A stretch of DNA of 64,000 bases, taken from UHGV virus genome UHGV-1373362; one strand, 5' to 3'. Positions within the stretch are counted from its first letter, which is position 1. Every line of letters starts with the position of its first letter. This stretch comes from a virus. Below, one piece after another: positions 20,783 to 30,900 of the stretch. Position numbers and translations under genes: made by a program. Under the pieces are notes generated by a model. It worked only from the letters and a program-made list of their open reading frames with translations. It made no database searches and had not been told where the DNA came from.

Positions 20783-23700
20783 TGGCATGTATTTATGAAT
20801 ATAACGGGCATGTATTCCAATCAGAGCTAGCATTAGATGATTTCTTAATGACTAGTGGTAAACTCATTAGTAAGTATGGTGATATAGTGTTTAGTAGAAC
20901 TACTAGGGCTAATTACACATATGATATATTAATGAGTAGGAAAAAAGAAGAAGATAAGTTAAGAGACCAATACCTGCAAAATAGAAATAAGTGGCAAGTA
21001 GAGGACGATGAAAACTATGAAGTTAAAACTCCGTTTATTGGTGTGACTAAGTTTTTATCTGGACTTACTAGAGATGGTAATTTACTATTCCCCGAATTTA
21101 GACCTGAGGAGTTCTGGAAGAGAAGAAGAGAAAGATGGGCCAATGGTGAATTTAACCAAGATGAGGTCGAGGTTTTATTCCAAAAGGTGGGAGACAATTA
21201 CCTAGTAGAACCTATCATTACAGATGAGAAATTTGAGCAGTCTCGTGAGTTAATAGAAGACAAATGGAAAAAGCAAGGTAAAATAGGTAATGAGTTGCAT
21301 AAGATAATGCAAAAGTATTGGAGTCAGACTAGTAGTGGCAAGAATGTTAGAGATCTAGAGGATGACTTCTTGCTGAATAAATTCTACCCTAGTATTATAG
21401 ACCCAGATTTAGTTCCACCAGAGGCTTTAAAAGAAACCCTACAGTACTGTAGAGACCTAGAGAAATCCCTTATACAGCAATTTGGAAAGGATGGTGAATT
21501 AACCTTCCTTCCTGAGTTTGTAGTTAGTGGAGATACATCTCAACATGATGAAGATGGAAATCCTACTAAACTATTAGGAGTTATTGATTTATTAGTAATA
21601 GATGGTAAAGGTAATGTTCATGTAATAGATTATAAGACTTCTCCTAAATTCTATGGTAATTATGATGATGCTAAAGTCTTAGCATTTAAATATCAACTTG
21701 GAGTATATAATAGGCTATTAAGGCTGTATGGGTTAAATACCTCTAATTCCAAGATGATAGTAGCCCCTATTAAGCTCAAGGACTTCTCTAACGACGGGGA
21801 CAAATGGACATACTCAGGGATAGAACCATATACTGGATTTACTAAAGATTTGTCACAGGAAATTAGAACTAGTGAAAGAATAAGTGAAAACTTAGATGAG
21901 TTTCTTCCAGCACCGTTTATTAAGCAAGCTAGTACAGAGAGAATGTTGGAGACTACTTCTAATATAATGAGTAAATGGTTTCCGGGGTATAGATTTGGTA
22001 GGGAGGTGACTGATGAGTTAGTTCAGAAAGAAATTGATGAAATTGCAGTTAAGGATGAAGAAACTAACAAGTGGAAATTTCATCCGAAAGGCTCATATTT
22101 TAGACCTATATTAGCTGAAACTGAAGAAGAACTCTTTTCTAAGGTAAAGAAATGGATGACTAGCCAACCTATCAGAAGAATGGAATTTACACAAGTTATC
22201 AGTAGTGGATTGAAAGAAGCTATTGAGACTGAGAATCCAGATTATGGATTTCCAGCTAGTTCTAATTTAGAAGATAGAGATGGTACTACCTTATGGTTCA
22301 AACAACAATTAGGTAAATACTGCAATAAGAACTGGGAGGTATTAGAGTGTGAACCTGCTGAATATTTAGGAATAATCTTATTAAGAAATAAATACACTAA
22401 TCAAATAGATGTAGTTAAGATTACTACATCAAAGATAAAGTATAAAAGGGAATTTGGAAAGGGGAGAAATGGACTAACCGGGGCATTTGAATCGGACATA
22501 GTTCAAAAGTCAAGATCTAAATCTTTAATGCTTCAGAGTATCAATGGGAATATAGAACTTATGGAAACCATGCTAGTTCTTAACAATATCCCAGAATTGT
22601 TTGAAAATAATGCCTTAGTTGGTAATATCCAAGTAATAAATCCAAAATATAATAGTGGATTGTCAGCCGGCAATAAGGAACTATTATACTGTTTTAATGA
22701 GCTTGATAAACATAGTCCTATAGAGGAAAACAACTTCAAATCTTCTAGGATTAAAATGGCTAATCATTATGATCTAGCTAAAAATAGATTCAACGAAATA
22801 TTATATTTTGGAAGCCAATCTAAATGGAAAACATATAAGGGATGGAAATCATTTACTGATGTTAGTAGTAAATTAGATGAATGTATAGGTGATCCCACTA
22901 AAATACTTATAGAACTTAAGGCACTAGCCAAAAGAATGGAAAAGGATCCAGAATTTGGCCCAGGGCTAGCACACATTCAAAAGGACGTGTACGATGAAGT
23001 TAAAAATCCACAAATTCAAGTATATAACGAAATATTATTGGCTATAGCGGAATTACAAGGATATGACTTTAGACAACAAATTAGCAATCATGATAAATGG
23101 TTGGAGGATATATCAATATTCCATAAAGGTCTTAGTGGTACTTATATAGACAATCCTGGCAACTTAAATAGTGAGACCTTAAATACTATCACCAAAGCAG
23201 TTACTGAGGCCTACCAGAACGTAAGGGCTGATATGGAGGAGCCTAAGACCAAGATTAGGGAATTGGTAGATAAGCTGAAGGAGTCTAGGGGATTTGGATA
23301 CATTACCGAAAGAACTGTAGGTAATCAGGCATCCTTATATAAAAATATGATAAAGTTTACCGACGATGGGGATATATTATTTAAAGATCCAAATTCTCCC
23401 ACATCAGGATTAGAAACGGAAGCTGAGAGGGAATTCTTAAGGTATACTTTGGAGACTATCAATAAGAGAAGGTTAGCTGATAAAACTGAGGGTGAAATTG
23501 AAGAACTGAAGAATAATCCTAATAGTGTGTATTACAGAGTACCATTAGCTCCGGGTAATATGGCATCTATGGCCTCTACCAAGGGTATGCTTCAGGCATT
23601 TAAGGACAAGCTGCAAGACTACAATCCTAAGAATATAGTTAAAAGGACTAAACAGAAGATAGAGGGATTCTTCACAGAAGATATAGCTAAGGCTGAATAT

Positions 23701-25494
23701 GAAAAAATGAATAGGGGAGATTTATGGGAAATGACCAATACCTTCAAATGGGGAGAAGACAGTAGTACCAGGCTAGATATTATAGCCGAAAAGGGTATAG
23801 GATTCTTTGAAACAAATTTAGAGACTCTCTTATTAAAACACGAGTTTGCATATTCAATGAAGCAAAATCTGGACAAAGTGTTCCCTACCATCAAAGCGGC
23901 CATGATTCACCTTAGCACATCCGGAATATTACAAAATTCTAAGTTTAATGACGACATGCAATACTTAGAAAACTATATAAAGAATAAAATCTTTAATAGG
24001 TCTATTATTCCAGAAAAATATAGAGCTTGGGCAGAATCAGGAGGAACATTAATGTCAATTGCTTCTAAATTTTCATTAGCATTTGCTCCAGTACAGTATA
24101 CATATCAGTTATTAGATGGTATATGGAAGGATATATCATTAATGATTAGAAAACCAGATGGTAAGGATTCATTTACTTTTAAGAACATGAAAGACTCATT
24201 CTTATTCTCAATGTCTGATATGTTCCAGTACGGAAATGGACACTCAAAGAGTGAATTACTTAATGAATTATATGGCCTGAATGATATGGATATGAATACC
24301 TATATTGATAGAATAAAATCTGATAAGGTTGGATTCTGGAACTTCTGGTCTTCGCTGGCATTTAGATTTGCTTCTAGACCTGACTTCTATAATAGAATGA
24401 CCATATTTGGAGCACAAATGAGAGGAGATGGCACATGGGATGCTCACACAGTAAAGGATGGTAAGTTAGTATATGATTGGAAACTTGATAAAAGGTTCGA
24501 CGCATATGCTAACGGTAAAACATCAGATCCAAAATACAAAGCCCAACAAGGTCTGTACTATGCTATGGCACAGCAATTTGTTAAAGAACATACTAAAAAT
24601 GCTGATGGTACTGAATTCCAAATAGGGCAACCATTACCTAGAGCTTATACAACTGAACAATCAGAAAGTTACAAGTCACTTAGTGATATGATATATGGAT
24701 ATTATTCACACGAGAAAAAGTCCATGATTCATAGTACAGGGCTTGGAGCTTTATTCATGCAATTCCATACTTATTGGTCAGGTAAAAAGAATCAATATCT
24801 AGCCCCTGGTGGAATCAAGACTATGGGAAAGATGGAACAATATGAGGAAAATGGACAGAAGTATTGGTATAAGTTGGATGATAACGGTAATGTAACTTAT
24901 GAGGCAACCACTGAGAATACAGGAGTCCCATTCATGGTTTGGAAGGGACAATGGCAAGAAGGTATATTACTAACCCTAGTTAAAATGAGTGGGGATCTGT
25001 GGTCAGGATTAAAAGAAGGTAATATACGTGATGGTTGGAACTTAGCTAAAAATGACATCTGGAATAATGAGGATGAAAATTTAAGAAAGGCATATAGGTC
25101 TAACTTACAACAGCTGTGTTATGATCTAACTATGCTAGCTTTGGTTGGAGGACTACTAACAGGGTGGCTAACAGAACTACTTAGAGAAAGGCTGAAAGAG
25201 ACTAAAGATAATGACAATATAGCAGATGCAATTATTAATACTCTAGCTTCTATTGGAGTAAGAACTATAGATTCTTCATCTGATGATTTTAACTTCATTA
25301 AGTCAATCGGAGGTATAGGTATGGAATGGACCCCATTCTCATTTGGGTTTATAAAAAGAACAGTTGATACTTGGGCTGGAGTATTAGGTGGAGATACAGA
25401 TACATATGATGCATTGGTAAATACAGCAACAGCCACTAGAACTACTAAACCGTTCTGGGATGCTATTAAACCTGATGCTTTAAAAAATGATTAG
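20782..25494 (+). CDS. giant protein of about 1570 aa with an N-terminal lambda-exo/YqaJ-like PD-(D/E)xK nuclease motif
   Basis: The ORF-track start at 20776 is TTG. An ATG at 20782 overlaps the upstream TAA (TAATG). Motif GVIDLLVIDGKGNVHVIDYKTSPK lies at about nt 21578-21650. Confidence 0.6.
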   Translation: MACIYEYNGHVFQSELALDDFLMTSGKLISKYGDIVFSRTTRANYTYDILMSRKKEEDKLRDQYLQNRNKWQVEDDENYEVKTPFIGVTKFLSGLTRDGNLLFPEFRPEEFWKRRRERWANGEFNQDEVEVLFQKVGDNYLVEPIITDEKFEQSRELIEDKWKKQGKIGNELHKIMQKYWSQTSSGKNVRDLEDDFLLNKFYPSIIDPDLVPPEALKETLQYCRDLEKSLIQQFGKDGELTFLPEFVVSGDTSQHDEDGNPTKLLGVIDLLVIDGKGNVHVIDYKTSPKFYGNYDDAKVLAFKYQLGVYNRLLRLYGLNTSNSKMIVAPIKLKDFSNDGDKWTYSGIEPYTGFTKDLSQEIRTSERISENLDEFLPAPFIKQASTERMLETTSNIMSKWFPGYRFGREVTDELVQKEIDEIAVKDEETNKWKFHPKGSYFRPILAETEEELFSKVKKWMTSQPIRRMEFTQVISSGLKEAIETENPDYGFPASSNLEDRDGTTLWFKQQLGKYCNKNWEVLECEPAEYLGIILLRNKYTNQIDVVKITTSKIKYKREFGKGRNGLTGAFESDIVQKSRSKSLMLQSINGNIELMETMLVLNNIPELFENNALVGNIQVINPKYNSGLSAGNKELLYCFNELDKHSPIEENNFKSSRIKMANHYDLAKNRFNEILYFGSQSKWKTYKGWKSFTDVSSKLDECIGDPTKILIELKALAKRMEKDPEFGPGLAHIQKDVYDEVKNPQIQVYNEILLAIAELQGYDFRQQISNHDKWLEDISIFHKGLSGTYIDNPGNLNSETLNTITKAVTEAYQNVRADMEEPKTKIRELVDKLKESRGFGYITERTVGNQASLYKNMIKFTDDGDILFKDPNSPTSGLETEAEREFLRYTLETINKRRLADKTEGEIEELKNNPNSVYYRVPLAPGNMASMASTKGMLQAFKDKLQDYNPKNIVKRTKQKIEGFFTEDIAKAEYEKMNRGDLWEMTNTFKWGEDSSTRLDIIAEKGIGFFETNLETLLLKHEFAYSMKQNLDKVFPTIKAAMIHLSTSGILQNSKFNDDMQYLENYIKNKIFNRSIIPEKYRAWAESGGTLMSIASKFSLAFAPVQYTYQLLDGIWKDISLMIRKPDGKDSFTFKNMKDSFLFSMSDMFQYGNGHSKSELLNELYGLNDMDMNTYIDRIKSDKVGFWNFWSSLAFRFASRPDFYNRMTIFGAQMRGDGTWDAHTVKDGKLVYDWKLDKRFDAYANGKTSDPKYKAQQGLYYAMAQQFVKEHTKNADGTEFQIGQPLPRAYTTEQSESYKSLSDMIYGYYSHEKKSMIHSTGLGALFMQFHTYWSGKKNQYLAPGGIKTMGKMEQYEENGQKYWYKLDDNGNVTYEATTENTGVPFMVWKGQWQEGILLTLVKMSGDLWSGLKEGNIRDGWNLAKNDIWNNEDENLRKAYRSNLQQLCYDLTMLALVGGLLTGWLTELLRERLKETKDNDNIADAIINTLASIGVRTIDSSSDDFNFIKSIGGIGMEWTPFSFGFIKRTVDTWAGVLGGDTDTYDALVNTATATRTTKPFWDAIKPDALKND

Positions 25495-26041
25495 TGCTAT
25501 GTTAATAGGAATTTCTGGTAAGAAACAATGTGGTAAGGATACCATATGTAAAATGATTAGAGCTTTGGACGATAGATGGGAAAAGCATGCATTTGCTGAT
25601 AAATTAAAACAGGCTTTGGCGGTAATACTTGATGTAAAGGTAGAAGCTTTTGAGGATAATATATTCAAGATGTCAGATAGTACTATTGCTAAACCAGAAG
25701 GGGGGTTCTATACATATAGAGAATTACTTCAAAAGTTTGGAACTGAGGTTGGGAGGAGCATAAGCCCTAATATATGGGTAGATGCTTTATTCTCCAACTA
25801 CTCCTTGGAGGATGATTTTTGGATTATAACTGATGTGAGATTCCCATCTGAGGCTGATGCTATTAGAGAACATGGTGGTGTATTAATAAGAGTAAACAGG
25901 AATACAGGTTACATAGACAACCATCCATCTGAAACTTCATTGGATAATTATCCAGACTTTGATTATATAATCAATAATGAAGATTTAGATGAAACTATAA
26001 AAGAGGTAGAATCAATAATGAAGGAAAATTACTTCATATAA
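25487..26041 (+). CDS. deoxynucleoside monophosphate kinase (phage T4 gene 1 family)
   Basis: N-terminal ML(I)GISGKKQCGKDT matches the T4 gp1 G-loop (SGVKRSGKDT). Colinear similarity continues through GTEVGRS, IWVDALF and WIITDVRF...REHGGVLIRVNR, matching T4 gp1 segments. The gene overlaps the upstream stop by 8 nt. Confidence 0.85.
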   Translation: MISAMLIGISGKKQCGKDTICKMIRALDDRWEKHAFADKLKQALAVILDVKVEAFEDNIFKMSDSTIAKPEGGFYTYRELLQKFGTEVGRSISPNIWVDALFSNYSLEDDFWIITDVRFPSEADAIREHGGVLIRVNRNTGYIDNHPSETSLDNYPDFDYIINNEDLDETIKEVESIMKENYFI

Positions 26042-26046
26042 CAATT

Positions 26047-26100
26047 TAGGGGCAACGCTGGTAGTAAAACTACTAGTATTGCCCCTATTTTTTTTATTTT
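26047..26100 (+). terminator. rho-independent terminator closing the plus-strand operon, at the convergence point
   Basis: aggggcaa (26048-55) pairs with ttgcccct (26079-86) and there is an inner gtagt/actac stem. It is followed by tattttttttatttt. Confidence 0.55.
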
Positions 26101-26657
26101 CCTGACTCAACGTACTCAGGAGGTCTCTCGTTTTGCTGTTTTAAATATGTAAACATCTTTTTGCCCAAAGCCTTGTAGTCTTTATCTAATCCAGACTGGT
26201 CGGCTCTTTTAGCCATCCTAATTAATGTTCTAGTATTCTTTCTACTAAAGATTCTCTCTCCACCATTTAGCTCCATTTGAGTAGAACCATCTGGTGCAAT
26301 TACTTTCATTGTTGGCAGCTTCTCATCCTCTTCTATGTCTAACTCATCACCTTCCTCGATTCCAGAATCTTGATTAACTTCCAACACAAACTTGACATTA
26401 TCCTCTTCAGCAATGGATTCATCCTTTGGCATTCCTTTAAATACTGATATTACTTCCATATCTTCGTTAATGAAAACAATATCTAAAGGGATTTCAGTAT
26501 CCTTCATCCAAAATCCAACAGTCTGCGGTTCTTCAAAGAAAAACAGCATACCCTCATCGTCTTTCAGTTCAGTGACTCCCTGCAGTCCTTTCATCCTTTC
26601 CTCTTCGGATTTAGCACAGGTTACATTATACTCTTTACTACCTATTTCTATTTTCAT
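26094..26657 (-). CDS. DUF192 (COG1430) domain protein with an acidic C-terminal extension
   Basis: EERMKGLQGVTELKDDEGMLFFFEEPQTVGFWMKDTEIPLDIVFINEDMEV...FVLEVNQDSGIE matches the DUF192 consensus (R.GLM.r..L....GMLF.f......FWMkNT.iPLDi.Fid..g.v...VLEvnaG). The start was moved from GTG (26660) to the ATG at 26657, which forms TGATG with the upstream stop. Confidence 0.75.
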   Translation of the reverse strand: MKIEIGSKEYNVTCAKSEEERMKGLQGVTELKDDEGMLFFFEEPQTVGFWMKDTEIPLDIVFINEDMEVISVFKGMPKDESIAEEDNVKFVLEVNQDSGIEEGDELDIEEDEKLPTMKVIAPDGSTQMELNGGERIFSRKNTRTLIRMAKRADQSGLDKDYKALGKKMFTYLKQQNERPPEYVESGK

Positions 26658-27964
26658 CACTCAACTTTATTTAATAAACCTGTATTATCAACAGTATTTT
26701 TTAATATTTCATGTACAAGTAATTTACCGGCCTCTATTGCAGCTTCATCACTACCTTGTTCCATTAGCTTCTCTAGCTGCTCTGTGACATCTAGTCTAAA
26801 TATTATTTCCTCTTTCTCAACTTCAGCATGTTGGGTTATGTTACCCCCATCACTCTCAGTTATTACTGGAATACCTTTACTAGTAACATCTTTAAATTTA
26901 TCATCCACATCCTCTAAATGGTGCTTATGAGCATGTAATGCTCCATCTGGTATTACATTAACAGCTCCGCCATTTTTGAAGCCAGCTACCTCTTCTGCTC
27001 TAACTTCCTCTTGGATTTTCTTAATTTTGCTCTTCTTACCGTTGGATAACTTAACCACCCTCTTAGCAAATTCTCTATCCATTTTGAGTCCCGACTTACC
27101 AACTCTAGTACCATTTTGTTGGTACCCTCCAGTTAATTGTAACTGAGTAGCTAGCCCTATCAATGGGTTATTAGATGCCTCATAATTAATTTTGGCATCC
27201 TGTAATATGCCCTGTACTGCTTGATCCTGCCTGGCAGCGTTGGCTATCATTCTATTAGCTTTTCCTTTGCCAAACAATATTTTAGCTCCGGCATTTTTTT
27301 CAGCCGTAACCCCCTTATCTGCTGATCCCGTATATCCAGTAGAGTTTTTTAGTTCATCAGACATAGTGTAGTCAATAGTCTTCTTTGTGAACCATCCTGC
27401 ACCTGGAATAGCTAGAGATGCAAATGCATTGGCAAAATCCAAACCTCCTCCTAAACCCTCTGAGGCATCTGTAAACCCTCCTGTCTTATCTATAATGGTA
27501 TTTGCTGCCCCTGCCAACATACCCCAAGGTCCAAGAGCACCACTTAGCAATGCTTGATTAGCAGTACTCCTAATGTTTGCAGTTGTTGCATCATTATCAT
27601 TCTTAACTTTATCTAATGTAGGTATAGCATCATAGGCACTGGATACTATACTTCCCGCAAAGCCTAATCCTTGTCCTAAACCACTAGATATTCCACTTGT
27701 AACACCCTTTTTTAATTGGGCATCAGCCCTAGCAGTAGCATCCTTAATTCCTTTGGTAACTTCAAATGTTTCTGGTTTAGTTGCCAAGTTAGGAACAGGT
27801 AATTGTGGAACTTTAGTTTTAGGAGCGTTAGCAATAATGTTAACACTAGGTAGTTGACTTGTTAATTGGTATAAATCTTGACCTGGAATGTAGGTAGACT
27901 GATTACCACCTACATTCTGAGTCAATACACCTGAACCTTGAAATTTCTTAATGCGGTTACGCAT
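26657..27964 (-). CDS. Gly-rich 435-aa hypothetical (virion?) protein
   Basis: ATG-initiated ORF overlapping both neighbours. Contains Gly-zipper-like stretches (GLGQGLGFAGS, GLGGGLDFANAFASLAIPGAGW). Confidence 0.5.
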   Translation of the reverse strand: MRNRIKKFQGSGVLTQNVGGNQSTYIPGQDLYQLTSQLPSVNIIANAPKTKVPQLPVPNLATKPETFEVTKGIKDATARADAQLKKGVTSGISSGLGQGLGFAGSIVSSAYDAIPTLDKVKNDNDATTANIRSTANQALLSGALGPWGMLAGAANTIIDKTGGFTDASEGLGGGLDFANAFASLAIPGAGWFTKKTIDYTMSDELKNSTGYTGSADKGVTAEKNAGAKILFGKGKANRMIANAARQDQAVQGILQDAKINYEASNNPLIGLATQLQLTGGYQQNGTRVGKSGLKMDREFAKRVVKLSNGKKSKIKKIQEEVRAEEVAGFKNGGAVNVIPDGALHAHKHHLEDVDDKFKDVTSKGIPVITESDGGNITQHAEVEKEEIIFRLDVTEQLEKLMEQGSDEAAIEAGKLLVHEILKNTVDNTGLLNKVE

Positions 27965-30900
27965 AACTTACTATATATAATGTTTTTAATGCTGTAATAA
28001 CAGCCAAATCGTTACCAGCGTATCTAACTTTGATTTTAACATATTTATCCCTAATTCTAGTCTCCTTTCTATCATCAGTCCACTTATTAACATCCAAAGA
28101 AAAATAATTTGCCTTATAACCTCTGTTCCTAAGATCTAAAGGTATGTCACTGTCTGAATTTATAGATAAGCTATCCATACTTTCTGGAAGAGGATTATTA
28201 ACTAAATTTAGGGGAGGGTAGAAGTTACCATCTTTATCCTTGGTAGTCCAAGCTAGCTCATTCTTAGCCCAATAAGTTATGGAGGGGATCTGAACATCCC
28301 ACTTATCCTCTAAATAGCCCATGTTACCATGAATCCTTCCATATTCCATAATTTCATACCATTTGCCATTCTGAACAGTTACATTAGTATAGCCAGCACT
28401 TAACATGCTATTGTATCTATCTTGTGTAATCTGCTGCAAGAACCTTTTCTTATAGGGACATGCTTTTATATGAGTAGCTATTCTAAATTCATTCAATTGG
28501 GGATCATAAATAATTTCTGATCCAGAAATCCTTTGATAGTTCTTATTGGGAGATGTCATTGATTGATAATGATCTTCAATCTCATTAATAGTATCTACCC
28601 TAGAGTAGAATAGAGGGAACATGATGGACTTATCTTTATAAGGGGTTGTACTGTACAGTATGTCTCTTTGTTCTGGTTGAACATCAAGATAATTGTGATC
28701 ATATACTATATCAGCCCCATTATATTGATATAGGTGCTTAGTAGCTTCCTGTCTAAAGTAAGCGTTCTTCTTATCCTCTGCGAAGTTATATACTTCCCCG
28801 ACAATTTCAAAGTGAAATGATTCAGGTTCGGCTTTATTAGATATAATTTGCAAATCATTAAAGATTTTATGTAGAGAGGGGTTATCTACTACTGCAAATT
28901 CAAACTCAAATGGATGCTGTTTACCATACCAATAGCATGGACTAAGTGATTTTTTAGTAGTCATTAATCCAGCTTTACCATGCTTCCAGAATGAAGTAGT
29001 GAGTATGTCATACCTCATTTTAGTTATTACAGAAACATTAGAGTATATAGTCTGTACCACATTTTTAACCTGCCCTTCTACTAGATCAGTTCCTTCATTA
29101 TATACAGTTGCTTTTACTGGTATAGTCCATCTAGTGTCACCTACCGATGCAGTAACCACATATACTGTTCCATTACTATCAATTGAGAATTTATTTCTAA
29201 CACGTTCATCGGCTATTGAGTATTCTACACTGGATCCTTTGAGATCAATATTCAGCTTCAAAGTTCCTAACTTTGCCTTGCCGTTAACTACGTTAAGTGT
29301 ATTCTCAACAATCCCTCCTTCTTTTAATCCTAGTGAAGGGTAATTAGAAGTAATCTTGGTAATGTCTTTAGATGTAGTTCTATCAAAACTAAAGAATATA
29401 TTATCAATATTTTCAGAATATGATGGAACCCATGAGTAAAAGGTTACAAATTTCTGCATAATTTCATTATAACATAAATTCCAAACTTTCTCCTCTAATG
29501 TGTTAATATCATCATAGAATGTAAACATTAGATCTTGTTTAAACCTATTATAATGAGTTTTTACATTTCGTATTCCAATTATAGGGGTCTTTTCTTTCTC
29601 AGTGAGAGTAATATTGTCATTTAAGAACTTTTGTACCTTGAAATCTGATATACACTCAAATGATGTTCCGTTAGTCCTCCATATCTTCTTACCAACTGTA
29701 TCTATCCCATATACATAATACGGGGTCTTTACAACACTTTCTGGCCACTGAGTACCAAATGTATCACTAAGCATTTTGGGATTCTCTGGCAGTACGTTAG
29801 AGGTGTTTATGAAGATATTTCCGCCTGCACCTTCACCTGCAACGGCTCTTTCATTGACTGGTATCAAAGCAACCCCATGTTCAAATACACATATAATGCT
29901 ACCAAACCACTCAACTAATTTTATTACACTACCATAAGTTAAAGGATAATCCCTGTAATGAGTTAGTTTGAATACTCTATATCCATTCTTAAATGAATCA
30001 TTAACATTAATGTCTGAATACATTACTCTAACATTAAATTTATTTTTAATAGCTGGTACATTCGGAACTTCAAAATGGTATTTATCAGATGTAGTGCTAC
30101 TTAAACCACTATTCCACACAAAAGACTCTGGAATCTTAGATTCTCCAGTTGGAGACATAGCTTGTAAGGGATAAAATCCTCTAGATTTGCCAGTTAATCC
30201 CTTCTCAGAATTATAGGAAACATCAGTGCATCTCATAGATAGATTTATACTACTACATACTTTTATAGTGACCCAGTGCCCTATTTTAATAGCATTAACA
30301 TCTCCTCTATTTATGTTTCCATTAGATTCAGAATCCCCTATGGCATAATTATCCTTCCAAGACATTTGATCTACGATGTCATCATTAATTGGGGCTTCAG
30401 GATCTTGAAAATTCCTACACATTCTATGAGTATAGTTACCTATATAACAATCTCCCCTAAATACATCCTTTACTATTAAATTATCATCATCCTCATCCTT
30501 AATATCATCCCATAACATTCTATTAGTGATGGAATAAAATGCTGATGAATCTTCATATCTAATTTCGAAGTATGTATCCATTAGAGTTTCCTCATAATTA
30601 GGAATTTTAATATCAATAAGACTCATCTTATTAGTATTATATCCTTCTAGGCCTATATATGGTCCCCAGCTCCCTCTTAATAAATTCCTTGCATTAGTAG
30701 ATTTATTAGTATAATCATAATATGATACTCTCCATGCCTCTTCAGCCTCACCTGCTCTAGCGGAAAACAGCTGCTTCTTTCCTTTGAGAACCTTAACATT
30801 ATCCCCTATAGCCATGATATTGTAGTCCTCATCTTGGGTAGAATCATTATATACATATGATATATTATAGAAGTGTACTCCACTCCTATCAAAATACCTC

